Part shown: positions 38,228-47,122 of the stretch, in pieces
Layout of the letters: the number at the start of each line of letters is the position of its first letter
Position numbering within the stretch: the first letter of the stretch is position 1
NCBI GenBank assembly: GCA_044356455.1
Contig: JBIKWF010000001.1
Location: 83,801-147,800 of the forward strand
Reading direction: 5' to 3'
Length of the DNA: 64,000 nucleotides
Origin: Bdellovibrionota bacterium
GTDB lineage: Bacteria > Bdellovibrionota_C > UBA2361 > JBGSMV01
Made by a program: the position numbers and the translations under genes
Notes under the pieces: generated by a model
Told to the model about the DNA's origin: nothing
Seen by the model: only the letters and a program-made list of their open reading frames with translations
Database searches by the model: none

Positions 38228-38941
38228 CTATTTCTTTGCCCAAATGAAATAGCCTGACGTTTGACAGTCGTCTGATTTGAATGAGAGCAGCGCCTCTGCA
38301 ATGCGATTAACTCTTTGACCAAAGTTCCCCTCAATCAGAGCCTTCCAGCCGGGGAGCAGATTGAGGATGGTTGAAAATCTGCCGCGCACGGGGAAGATGG
38401 TGACCTCGGAGAAGTCTCTAAATAAGTAGGCAACTCCGTCCTTCGTGTAGCGGTAGTAATCCTGAAAGGTAAGGTCAGCCGGAGCATGATAATTATAGAG
38501 GAAGGGAACGTAGGCAAAGCAATATCCGCCGGGAGCGAGAAGGCGGTGTAAGTTTTTTACTGCTGAGAGAGGGTCGTACACGTGCTCCAGTATTGCGAGA
38601 CATACGATTCCATCGTAGACGCCGAAAGAAAGCTCCGTAACTTCGCAGAGGTCATCCACAATATCCGGGTATCCGTCAAATTGGTTGATGTCTGTCGTGG
38701 TTACTTGACCAGGACGAAACAACGCAAAGTGCTCCCGAGATGACCTTCCAAAATCGAGCACGCGCTCGCAGTTGTCAGCGAGAAACTTTATCTTTTCCTG
38801 AATAAGCGTGGAGGCGCCAAAGCGGCGAGACGCGTCAACCTTCGTGCGTACTATAATTGCCTGGAGCTGCTGATTTCTTCTTTCGAGCAGTTTCGCTCTT
38901 GCGAGAGAAGGAGACGGGGTGGGGGATGACAGCGCGTTCAT
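38228..38941 (-). CDS. Class I SAM-dependent methyltransferase
   Basis: VLDFG, ILEHV.DP, L.PGG, VPF...YH, DY.RYT. Confidence 0.85.
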   Translation of the reverse strand: MNALSSPTPSPSLARAKLLERRNQQLQAIIVRTKVDASRRFGASTLIQEKIKFLADNCERVLDFGRSSREHFALFRPGQVTTTDINQFDGYPDIVDDLCEVTELSFGVYDGIVCLAILEHVYDPLSAVKNLHRLLAPGGYCFAYVPFLYNYHAPADLTFQDYYRYTKDGVAYLFRDFSEVTIFPVRGRFSTILNLLPGWKALIEGNFGQRVNRIAEALLSFKSDDCQTSGYFIWAKK

Positions 38942-39081
38942 GGTGACGCATCCTAGATCGAGAATCGTGAGGGAAGAAAGTTCATACCTTAGGCTGGGGG
39001 GCTGTATCCTTCTCCTCCCCCTTGTTGCATTCGGGGTCCAGTTTTTAAGGGGGGGGGGAGTTTAAATGTGGCGAGGGCGGG

Positions 39082-40269
39082 TTAAGTTGCGGTCGCTTGA
39101 GCGTAAGGTCTCGCGAGGGCATGAGAGATAACCGCTCGATACCCCTCAAGAAAGATGCTCTCGCTAAAAAAAACTATAGCCCTTTTTTTTGCGCATGCGC
39201 CGAGCTCCTCTGCGTGAGATTCGGAGGCAAGGAGTTTCTCAAGTGTTGCAGCGAGAGCAATCTCGTCACCCACAGGAAACAAGTACCCGGTTTCGCCGTG
39301 CTGAATTAAGTCGGGAATCCCGCCGACCGATGACCCTACGACGGGAGTCCCGGTAGTCATGGCCTCGATAATAACTCTGCCTAGTCCCTCGGACCGTGAG
39401 GGCAATACTACCGTTCTCGCCTGCCGCATCTGTCTCGCAAGCTCGTCTTGGGTCAAATAGGGGAGGAACTGCACCGACTCTCCTGCCGCGTGCGCCTTGA
39501 TATTCTTCTGAAGCGAAAGAAGAAACTGGGAATCAGGCGTACTGCCAATAATCTTGAGGACAAGAGTCGGGTAGCTACCTCTAAGTTTCAGAAACGCATC
39601 AACGAGGGTGTCGACTCCCTTTTTGTGAATTACCTGCCCCGCAAATACAATACTCAATTGCTTCGATTTCGGAATTTCAGCCGCCATGAGAAAGGGCGTG
39701 AGATCCGTCCAGGCAGCGAAGCGAAAAAGTGGCGTGTGCGAATTCTCCTCCTTGAGTGCGCGTTCAGTGGAAGAGGAAACTGCTCGAAGAGCATCCGCCT
39801 CTCTGATCGCAAACTTGGCGAGGGGCCGAAGGATACGAAATAGGGAGGGGAGAAGGCGCTTTCTTGTGCTCTGTAGCTCTACACGCTCATCAAAGTCCCC
39901 ATGGAGTTCAATGGCGAGGCGAATTCTTGAAAGTGGAAAAGGCAGTCTTTTTAAGATTGCAGGTAGAATGCCCTCGTAGGGACTCTGTGCGACTGCGACG
40001 AGATGCTGGCGACGGAGGCTTAGGTACACTAAGACGAACATTGATATGAGTGCGTATTGTAGCGAGGGAGAAAGGGTTCGCGAGGCAAGAATAAATCGCG
40101 TTCCTCCGGCACGAGAGAATCTGGGGAGCCGCGTCGGGGTAAAGCCTATTACAAAAATGGTTCCAAGGGACTCGATGAGCGCATGTCGGCGAGCGTTACC
40201 TCGACCGAGTGGGAACGTAGGAGCTGTTCCTCCCAGGAACACCACATTGGGAACTGCGTTCTTTGTCAT
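39082..40269 (-). CDS. Glycosyltransferase family 4
   Basis: HGD, KG, LPSRSEGLGRVIIEAM..G.PV. Confidence 0.9.
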   Translation of the reverse strand: MTKNAVPNVVFLGGTAPTFPLGRGNARRHALIESLGTIFVIGFTPTRLPRFSRAGGTRFILASRTLSPSLQYALISMFVLVYLSLRRQHLVAVAQSPYEGILPAILKRLPFPLSRIRLAIELHGDFDERVELQSTRKRLLPSLFRILRPLAKFAIREADALRAVSSSTERALKEENSHTPLFRFAAWTDLTPFLMAAEIPKSKQLSIVFAGQVIHKKGVDTLVDAFLKLRGSYPTLVLKIIGSTPDSQFLLSLQKNIKAHAAGESVQFLPYLTQDELARQMRQARTVVLPSRSEGLGRVIIEAMTTGTPVVGSSVGGIPDLIQHGETGYLFPVGDEIALAATLEKLLASESHAEELGACAKKRAIVFFSESIFLEGYRAVISHALARPYAQATAT

Positions 40270-40273
40270 AACG

Positions 40274-41392
40274 CTACAGTGATCGAATAATAATATTTGA
40301 GGTCTCCTCTACCTGCTCACGCGTAAGCGCGCTTCCCGAGGGCAGGCAAAGGCCACGTTCGAACAACAACTCGGCGCAGCCGTTCGTAAAGGCGCGAGCG
40401 GAGCGGAAGACAGTCTGGAGATGCATGGGTTTCCAAAGAGGCCTCGATTCAATTCCCGTCTCAGCGAGGGCGATCCGTACTCGCTCCCTTACGTCACGCG
40501 ATGGAAGCAGCACCGTCGTGAGCCAGCGGTTTGGAGCTGCGCCTGGCAAGTTGGCAGGGAAGGCGACGGCTGAAACATTTCCGAGGATTTTCTGATAGTG
40601 CGCATACGTGTTCTGCCGCTTTTCCACGCGGTCCCTCAGGACTGTAAGCTGCCCTCTCCCCACCGCCGCTATCAGATTGCTCATGCGGTAATTATACCCA
40701 ATTTCAGAATGCTCATAGTGAGGCGCCGGATCTCGCGCTTGGGTGGCGAGAAATCGAGCGCGCGCGACTGTCTCCTCGCTATTTGAAAGTAGGGCGCCGC
40801 CACCTGAGGTGGTGATGATCTTGTTACCATTGAAAGAGAGAATGCCAATGGTACCAAAGGACCCTAATTGTCGCCCCTTGTAGGTAGAGCCGAGCGCTTC
40901 CGCTGCATCTTCGATGAGAGGGACCTGAAAGTTGCGGCAGATTCTCTGAATCTCCTCCATCTTGGCCGGTACGCCATAAAGCTCAACAAGTATCACAGCC
41001 TTCGCGGGGGTCCCTTCCTTCTTTAGTGTTTCGAGGGCCTCCTCAAGGAGCTTGGGGCACATGTTCCACGTCTCTTCTTCGCTATCAACGAAGACGGGAG
41101 CTGCGCCACAATAAGCAATGGGATTGCAGCTTCCTGCAAAGGTAAAAGAGGAGCAGATAACTCTATCGCCTGGCTTAATATTAAGCGTAAGAAGCGCGAG
41201 GTGGATGGCCGCGGTGCCAGACGAGAGTGCTGCGGCGTGGTTTACTCCCACATAGGCTGCAAGCTCTCTTTCAAAGGCATCAACATGAGGACCAAGGGGC
41301 GCAATCCAGTTGGAAGCAAAGGCTTCGTTAACAAACTCCTGCTCCTTACCGCAAAGATGCGGGGGGGATAGCCATATTCTAAAAGGTTTCAC
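40274..41392 (-). CDS. DegT/DnrJ sugar aminotransferase (PglE/EpsN-like)
   Basis: LSPPH, SNWIAPLG, SSGTAA.HL, EDAAEALG, SFNGNKIITTSGGG, GYNYR.SN. Confidence 0.95.
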   Translation of the reverse strand: MKPFRIWLSPPHLCGKEQEFVNEAFASNWIAPLGPHVDAFERELAAYVGVNHAAALSSGTAAIHLALLTLNIKPGDRVICSSFTFAGSCNPIAYCGAAPVFVDSEEETWNMCPKLLEEALETLKKEGTPAKAVILVELYGVPAKMEEIQRICRNFQVPLIEDAAEALGSTYKGRQLGSFGTIGILSFNGNKIITTSGGGALLSNSEETVARARFLATQARDPAPHYEHSEIGYNYRMSNLIAAVGRGQLTVLRDRVEKRQNTYAHYQKILGNVSAVAFPANLPGAAPNRWLTTVLLPSRDVRERVRIALAETGIESRPLWKPMHLQTVFRSARAFTNGCAELLFERGLCLPSGSALTREQVEETSNIIIRSL

Positions 41393-41532
41393 GCGCGCTC
41401 CCTTAAGGCATTAGTTGTTACTTTATAACCTTGTTGGAGAACAATCGAAACGGGTTGTCTTAAAGGATAGGCCGAGTCTGGCTAAGTTAAAGAACCTTTT
41501 GGAGTACCCAAAGAATGGCAATCCCTCTTCCC

Positions 41533-41562
41533 CTTAGTGGTCTCTGTGGTCTTAGTGGTTGT
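41533..41562 (-). repeat. 9-nt-period repeat, third copy
   Basis: CTTAGTGGTCTCTGTGGTCTTAGTGGTTGT, 29/30 identical to 12189-12218. Confidence 0.85.
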
Positions 41563-41600
41563 TCTTGCAAGCCACTTCGCCCACCTCTATCAAAGTTTCC

Positions 41601-42239
41601 TTAGCAGGAGCCCCGCCGAGAACTCCCTGTAAAACGCGGCATCGTAGCTTCATTCTGAGCGCTTACCCCGCGCGGTTTCAAGAGCTGCCACGCGGTGAGG
41701 AGGAGAATTTTCATATCCAGCCCAAGGGAGAGCTTATCAACATAGGCCACATCGAGCTCGAACTTCTGCTCCCATGAAAGCAGATTGCGTCCGGAGACTT
41801 GAGCAAGCCCCGTAATGCCAGGAAGAACTTCATGGCGACGGGCTTGTAAGGGCGAGTAAAGCGGAAGGTATTCGGGAAGTAGGGGGCGGGGGCCCACCAG
41901 GCTCATTTCGCCCTTAAGAACGTTGATAAGTTGAAGCAGCTCGTCGAGTGAGGCTTTTCGAATAAGGGACCCTAGGGGGGTAAGGCGCTCGGAATCTGGT
42001 TTTAGCTCTCCCGATGCCGTGCGCTCGTCGGTCATGGTTTTAAACTTTATAATTCGAAATAGCTTACCGTCTTTACCCGGCCGCGCCTGCAGAAAGAGTA
42101 TCGGGCCTCTATTCACCAAAGAGAGCAATGCCGCGGTAATCAGAAGAATCGGGCTAGAGGCAACTAAAAGAGCAAGCGAAACAAGTACGTCAAGGGCTCG
42201 CTTTCCATAAGTGAGGTAAAAGGTGCTTTGAGGGTGCAC
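41601..42239 (-). CDS. Initiating phosphoglycosyl transferase (PglC/EpsL-like, small)
   Basis: KRALD, Q.RPG, KF.TM, R..SLDEL.QL.NVL.G.MSLVGPRP, PGITGLAQ; GTG start inferred. Confidence 0.93.
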   Translation of the reverse strand: MHPQSTFYLTYGKRALDVLVSLALLVASSPILLITAALLSLVNRGPILFLQARPGKDGKLFRIIKFKTMTDERTASGELKPDSERLTPLGSLIRKASLDELLQLINVLKGEMSLVGPRPLLPEYLPLYSPLQARRHEVLPGITGLAQVSGRNLLSWEQKFELDVAYVDKLSLGLDMKILLLTAWQLLKPRGVSAQNEATMPRFTGSSRRGSC

Positions 42240-42302
42240 AAACGTCTCTCGTAATCGCAGTCTAGATCGCCTACCTTTAGCATAAGTGAGGGCCAACCTG
42301 GT

Positions 42303-44306
42303 ATGTGCGGAATTGCAGGGAGCGTTAATCTTCGACCATCAAGAGATAAGGGGGCGCTTCTTGGCATTGCTCAAGGAATGGGAAGGGCTCTTGTCCACAG
42401 GGGGCCTGACGATAGCGGAGAGTTTGTCGATGAGAATCACGGGCTCACCTTAAGTCACCGGCGCCTCTCGATACTCGACCTTTCTCCGCTTGGCCATCAG
42501 CCCATGAGTTCCCGCTCTGGCAGGTATGTAATTTCGTATAATGGTGAGATTTACAATTACCGGGAACTTGGCGTTCAGCTTGAAACGAAGGGGGCCAGGT
42601 TTCAAGGCAGCAGTGATACGGAGGTACTTCTTGCAGCTTTGGAGGAATGGGGGATCGAAGGTGCTCTCACGCGGCTCGTTGGCATGTTTGCCTTTGCGCT
42701 CTGGGACAAGGAGGCGCGCACCTTAACGCTTGCTAGGGACCGGCTTGGCGAGAAGCCTCTTTATTATGGCTGGAACTCAGGCGCCTTTCTCTTTGGCTCA
42801 GAATTAAAGGCACTCCGTGCCCATCCTTCCTTCGCGGGCGAGATCGATCGTTCGGCACTGACGCTTTTTATGCGTCATGGCTACATCCCAGCGCCCTATT
42901 CTATTTACCAGAACATTTTCAAGCTCCCTCCCGGAAGCTTTTTCACCCTTGGACTTGATGCCTTGGGGGGCTGTCCATCAGCGTTTTTTCCTTGGGGGAA
43001 GGCTGGGGAGGCTGCTTCTCCTCAATTTTATTGGAGGCCAGGGCGCATTCTTGAGGAGTCATGTCTTCCTGAGAGAGACGCGCTCCAGCAGCTTGAGCAG
43101 GTCCTCTCAGAGTCAGTGAGTGGACAGCTTGTCTCTGATGTTCCGCTTGGGGCGTTTCTTTCGGGCGGGATTGATTCCTCGCTTATTGTTGCCCTCATGC
43201 AAAAGGCCAGCCCTTCCCGCATCAAGACTTTCTCAATCGGCTTTAGTGAGGCCGCCTACGATGAGGCTCCGCATGCGAAACTCGTGGCCGCGCACTTAGG
43301 GACCGAGCACACGGAATGGTATGTGTCACCTGAGGACGCGAGGAATGTGATTCCTAGGCTGCCTGAGCTTTTTGATGAACCCTTTGCTGATTCCTCCCAG
43401 ATTCCCACGTTCCTCGTATCGCAGCTTGCCAGGCGCTCGGTGACGGTAAGCCTTTCAGGTGATGGTGGTGACGAGCTTTTTTGCGGTTATGAACGCTACT
43501 CTTGGGCGGCAAGCATTTGGCGCCTTATGAGAGCAGCGCCTGCTCCCCTGCGTTCTCTGGTATCGGCGGCGCTTCGTTTGCCTGGGCCCAAGAAATGGGA
43601 GTGGCTGATGACGGGCATCGGGGCCTTCCCATTTAAAAAATGGCGTCTTATGCACCCCGGCGAGAAAGTTCTGCGGTTTGCGGAGCTGCTGGGAAACAGA
43701 TCCCGAGAGGGCTTGTTCTGCAATATGGCGAGCCAATGGAATAACCCCGAGGCAGTGGTTATTGACGGTCCAGAGCCAGCGAGCTTTTTGACCTCACCAG
43801 CACTCTGGCCTCAGGCAAAGGACTTTTTGTCTCAAATGATGTTCTTTGACCTCAAGACCTATCTGCCGGACGACATACTCGTGAAGGTTGACAGAGCCAG
43901 CATGGCGGCGTCTTTGGAATCTCGTGCGCCGTTCCTTGACCACCGAGTGGTCGAATGCGCGCTTCGAATCCCTACGAGCCTTAAGCTCAAGGGAGGGACG
44001 TCCAAGTGGATTTTGCGTGAGCTGCTTTCTAAGTTCGTGCCGCGCGAGCTTTTCGAGAGACCAAAGATGGGTTTTGGCGTTCCTATCGATTCTTGGCTGC
44101 GCGGGGAGCTTCGGGAGTGGGCGGATGACCTCCTTAGCGAGGAGCGCCTTGTTCGAGAGGGCTTTTTTCATCCTGGGCCGATTCGAGAGAAGTGGCTTGC
44201 GCATAGAAGCGGGGAGCGGAGTTTTCACTATCCGCTTTGGAATGTGTTGATGTTTGAGGCCTGGCTTACCGCTGAAATGGGTCGCGGCATCTCGCCCGTC
44301 CCCTGA
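42303..44306 (+). CDS. asnB: Asparagine synthase-like glutamine amidotransferase, copy 3
   Basis: MCGI, HRGPD, RDR.GEKPLYYG, LSGGIDS, DEPFADSSQIPT, YLPDDIL.KVDRASM. Confidence 0.93.
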   Translation: MCGIAGSVNLRPSRDKGALLGIAQGMGRALVHRGPDDSGEFVDENHGLTLSHRRLSILDLSPLGHQPMSSRSGRYVISYNGEIYNYRELGVQLETKGARFQGSSDTEVLLAALEEWGIEGALTRLVGMFAFALWDKEARTLTLARDRLGEKPLYYGWNSGAFLFGSELKALRAHPSFAGEIDRSALTLFMRHGYIPAPYSIYQNIFKLPPGSFFTLGLDALGGCPSAFFPWGKAGEAASPQFYWRPGRILEESCLPERDALQQLEQVLSESVSGQLVSDVPLGAFLSGGIDSSLIVALMQKASPSRIKTFSIGFSEAAYDEAPHAKLVAAHLGTEHTEWYVSPEDARNVIPRLPELFDEPFADSSQIPTFLVSQLARRSVTVSLSGDGGDELFCGYERYSWAASIWRLMRAAPAPLRSLVSAALRLPGPKKWEWLMTGIGAFPFKKWRLMHPGEKVLRFAELLGNRSREGLFCNMASQWNNPEAVVIDGPEPASFLTSPALWPQAKDFLSQMMFFDLKTYLPDDILVKVDRASMAASLESRAPFLDHRVVECALRIPTSLKLKGGTSKWILRELLSKFVPRELFERPKMGFGVPIDSWLRGELREWADDLLSEERLVREGFFHPGPIREKWLAHRSGERSFHYPLWNVLMFEAWLTAEMGRGISPVP

Positions 44307-44317
44307 AGGGGCCGCGG

Positions 44318-44353
44318 CCATGCCCATCCGCCTTGCGGGACGGATGGGCATGG
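44318..44353. terminator. Strong hairpin after asnB copy 3 (no clear U-tract)
   Basis: CCATGCCCATCCG-N10-CGGATGGGCATGG, 13-bp perfect stem. Confidence 0.45.
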
Positions 44354-44430
44354 GGGCGCGCTACCACCACTGCCGCTTTTTGTGGTAGCAATTACCGCAG
44401 GTATCTGCGTGTCGAATTCATAGGAAGAGA

Positions 44431-45078
44431 ATGGAAGTAGTAATGCATTTTATCGACGTTTTCCTGCATATCGACAAGCACCTCGCTGCCGTAGCAGGGG
44501 AATACGGTTGGTGGACCCTTGCGATCCTGTTCGTTATCGTGTTTTGCGAAACGGGGCTTGTGGTTACTCCGTTCCTTCCCGGCGATTCTCTTCTCTTTGC
44601 CGCGGGCGCGCTCACCGTACAAGGATTTTTTGGCGTCCCTGAACTGCTCATTGCTTTGATTATTGCCGCGATTCTTGGCGATTCGGTGAATTATGCGGTT
44701 GGCAAGTGGATTGGCCCGCGGGTTTTTAAAGAGCAGTCTCGGTTTTTTAAGCTTGAATACATTGAGAGAACGCAGCTCTTTTATGAGAAGTTCGGTGGCA
44801 AGGCCATAATTATTGCGCGCTTTGTGCCCATTATCCGCACGTTTGCTCCCTTTCTCGCTGGCGTGGGCGTGATGAGTTACCCCAAGTTTGCTCTTTACAA
44901 TGTGGTGGGTGCCATCCTTTGGGTTGTCTCTTTTTGTCTCGCCGGGCATTACTTTGCCAATATGCCCATCGTGAAAAATAATTTTACCCTTGTGATTATG
45001 GGCATTATCGTTCTCTCTCTCGTACCTGTGGCACTTGAGATGTACAAAGCAAAGAGCTCTAGGCCCGCGGGAGCTTAA
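44431..45078 (+). CDS. dedA: DedA family membrane protein
   Basis: F.ETGLVVTPFLPGDSLLFAAG, GD.VNY..G, ARFVPIIRTFAPF.AG. Confidence 0.95.
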   Translation: MEVVMHFIDVFLHIDKHLAAVAGEYGWWTLAILFVIVFCETGLVVTPFLPGDSLLFAAGALTVQGFFGVPELLIALIIAAILGDSVNYAVGKWIGPRVFKEQSRFFKLEYIERTQLFYEKFGGKAIIIARFVPIIRTFAPFLAGVGVMSYPKFALYNVVGAILWVVSFCLAGHYFANMPIVKNNFTLVIMGIIVLSLVPVALEMYKAKSSRPAGA

Positions 45079-45364
45079 AAGACTACATCATTCGCGGTCT
45101 GAGTGTTGCAGGTCGAAAATGGCACTGATTTGATTGCTTAGGGCAGGAAGGAGGTGAGGGGCTCCCAGTGACCACCTTCAGACCTTCGAGTCCTTCGCGT
45201 TATGATTGCGCTGCAATTTTGAGACAATTTCCAACTCACTACTTTAGATTCTCCGAGAATTTCTTAGTTGATCCTAACTCCCTGACTCAGCAACTCCTTT
45301 AGTAGCAACCGACCCTCCAGCCTTTTGCCCAGAAAGCCGACCGTTTTCTTCTCTGGGTGAAAGT

Positions 45365-46975
45365 ATGAAGTTGCAGATAAGTGGTATCTTGGCTTTGGCG
45401 CTGTTCTCCTTAGCATGTGCCTTGCCTTCCCGCGCGCAAGAAGTGCTCGAAGTAAAACAAGGGCAGGAATTGATTCTCGAGCCTATGGCCGGCTACCAAG
45501 CTGCTCGGCAGCTCGGAGCGCTTCGAATCTCTCGTGCGAATATCGTCGCCCAAAGACGTCATCACGCGCTGGCGGGCCTTGAGCAAGGCGCCATACTTGC
45601 GCAGGGCTCAGATAGCTCCGTGTGGGTTGATTCGCAGGATCTTGCGAAGGAATGCGCGCGATATACTGCGGCAGGCTATCGGTGTTCTCCTAACGTCATC
45701 GTGTCGATTCGCGCAAACCCTAACGACACGTTTTATAGTTTGCTCTATGGGCTGCAGCGCATTGCTGCGCCGACTGCCTGGACTACGAGTACGGGAGCAG
45801 GCGTGCTGGTAGCGGTCATCGATACGGGCGTGAAATACGACCATGAAGATCTTACCGGTAATGTTGCAATAAACAGCGCCGAAGTTGCCAACAATAACAT
45901 CGACGACGATAACAATGGTTACGTTGATGATGTGTATGGGCTTAATGCCATTACTTACACAGGCGGAAACTCAAGTGCAGGTGACCCCATGGATGACAAT
46001 GGGCACGGGACCCATGTTTCCGGCACTATCGCGGCGCTTGGCAACAACTCCAAGGGTGTTATTGGGGTAGCGTACGGAGCGCAGATTCTTGCGGTTAAAG
46101 CGCTGGCTGCTTCCGGTTCGGGGTCTATCTCGGATGTGGTTGAAGGTATTGATTACGCCATCGCGCGCGGAGCTGATATTCTAAACTTGTCGCTTGGTAC
46201 AAGCACGGCGGTCCCCGCCTTAGAGGCAAGCCTCGATCGCGCTGCGGCTGCCGGTATTGTGATAGTCGCAGCGGCTGGGAATGATGGAAGAAATATAGAG
46301 ACGACTCCTTCCTATCCCGCAAGTTATACGACCTCAACTCTGATCTCCGTTGCCGCAACTGGCGAGTCAGATACCTTCGCGTACTTTTCCAACTTTGGAG
46401 GCAGCTCCGTGGATGTCGCTGCGCCAGGGGAGGGAATCGCAAGTACCTACCATACTGGCTCCTATGTCTACCTCGATGGCACCTCTATGGCTACGCCGCA
46501 CGTGGCAGGAGTAGCGGCACTGGTAAAGAGTGCGAATCCTTCCTTGAGTGCGGCTACCATCCGGAGCATTATCCTTAATACGGTTGACTCAGTCTCCAGT
46601 CTTTCAGGAAAAGTGAGCACAGGAGGCCGCATAAACGCTTCCGCGGCCGTTGCTTCTGCTCTATCAACTGATCCGGGAAGTGGGGGAACAGGCGGTACGG
46701 AGAGTTACGCGCTTAGCATTTCCTCCCGCAAAGCCTCGGCAAAGGCTACCTTCGTGGTGGGCTCTCTGACGGACGCCTCATCGGAGCAAGGAGTAGCCTC
46801 CGTTTCTGTCACCCTGGTGTGCAAGAACAAGAGTCGAGGAACTAAACTCACCAATAGTAGCGGCCAGGTGTCTTTCTCGGTCAAGCGACCAGCCGCCGGT
46901 AAAGCCAATCTTGCCTGTCACCTGGTAAGCGAAGGGCTGCAGTCGCGCACCATTCGGGTGCGTGCTCTAAAATAG
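45365..46975 (+). CDS. Secreted S8 subtilisin-like serine protease with C-terminal Ig-like domain
   Basis: Catalytic triad VIDTG, HGTHVSG, GTSMATPHVAG; AAAGN; signal peptide. Confidence 0.95.
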   Translation: MKLQISGILALALFSLACALPSRAQEVLEVKQGQELILEPMAGYQAARQLGALRISRANIVAQRRHHALAGLEQGAILAQGSDSSVWVDSQDLAKECARYTAAGYRCSPNVIVSIRANPNDTFYSLLYGLQRIAAPTAWTTSTGAGVLVAVIDTGVKYDHEDLTGNVAINSAEVANNNIDDDNNGYVDDVYGLNAITYTGGNSSAGDPMDDNGHGTHVSGTIAALGNNSKGVIGVAYGAQILAVKALAASGSGSISDVVEGIDYAIARGADILNLSLGTSTAVPALEASLDRAAAAGIVIVAAAGNDGRNIETTPSYPASYTTSTLISVAATGESDTFAYFSNFGGSSVDVAAPGEGIASTYHTGSYVYLDGTSMATPHVAGVAALVKSANPSLSAATIRSIILNTVDSVSSLSGKVSTGGRINASAAVASALSTDPGSGGTGGTESYALSISSRKASAKATFVVGSLTDASSEQGVASVSVTLVCKNKSRGTKLTNSSGQVSFSVKRPAAGKANLACHLVSEGLQSRTIRVRALK

Positions 46976-47122
46976 CCCCTTCCGGCTGGGAAAAAGCGCT
47001 CTAAAAAGACCCGCCCTCGCTATTTGGGTCTGCACCGGAGGCCTTCTCGAGAAGCTAACGTTGGTTGTCGAGCTGCTCGGCGCCGTGCTAGCGTACCATC
47101 CGTTCTAAAACGCGAGGGGTTC

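Noticed and set aside
45120..45138. Sigma-54 promoter before the subtilase
   Set aside because: TGGCAC and TTGCT are 8 nt apart rather than the required 5.
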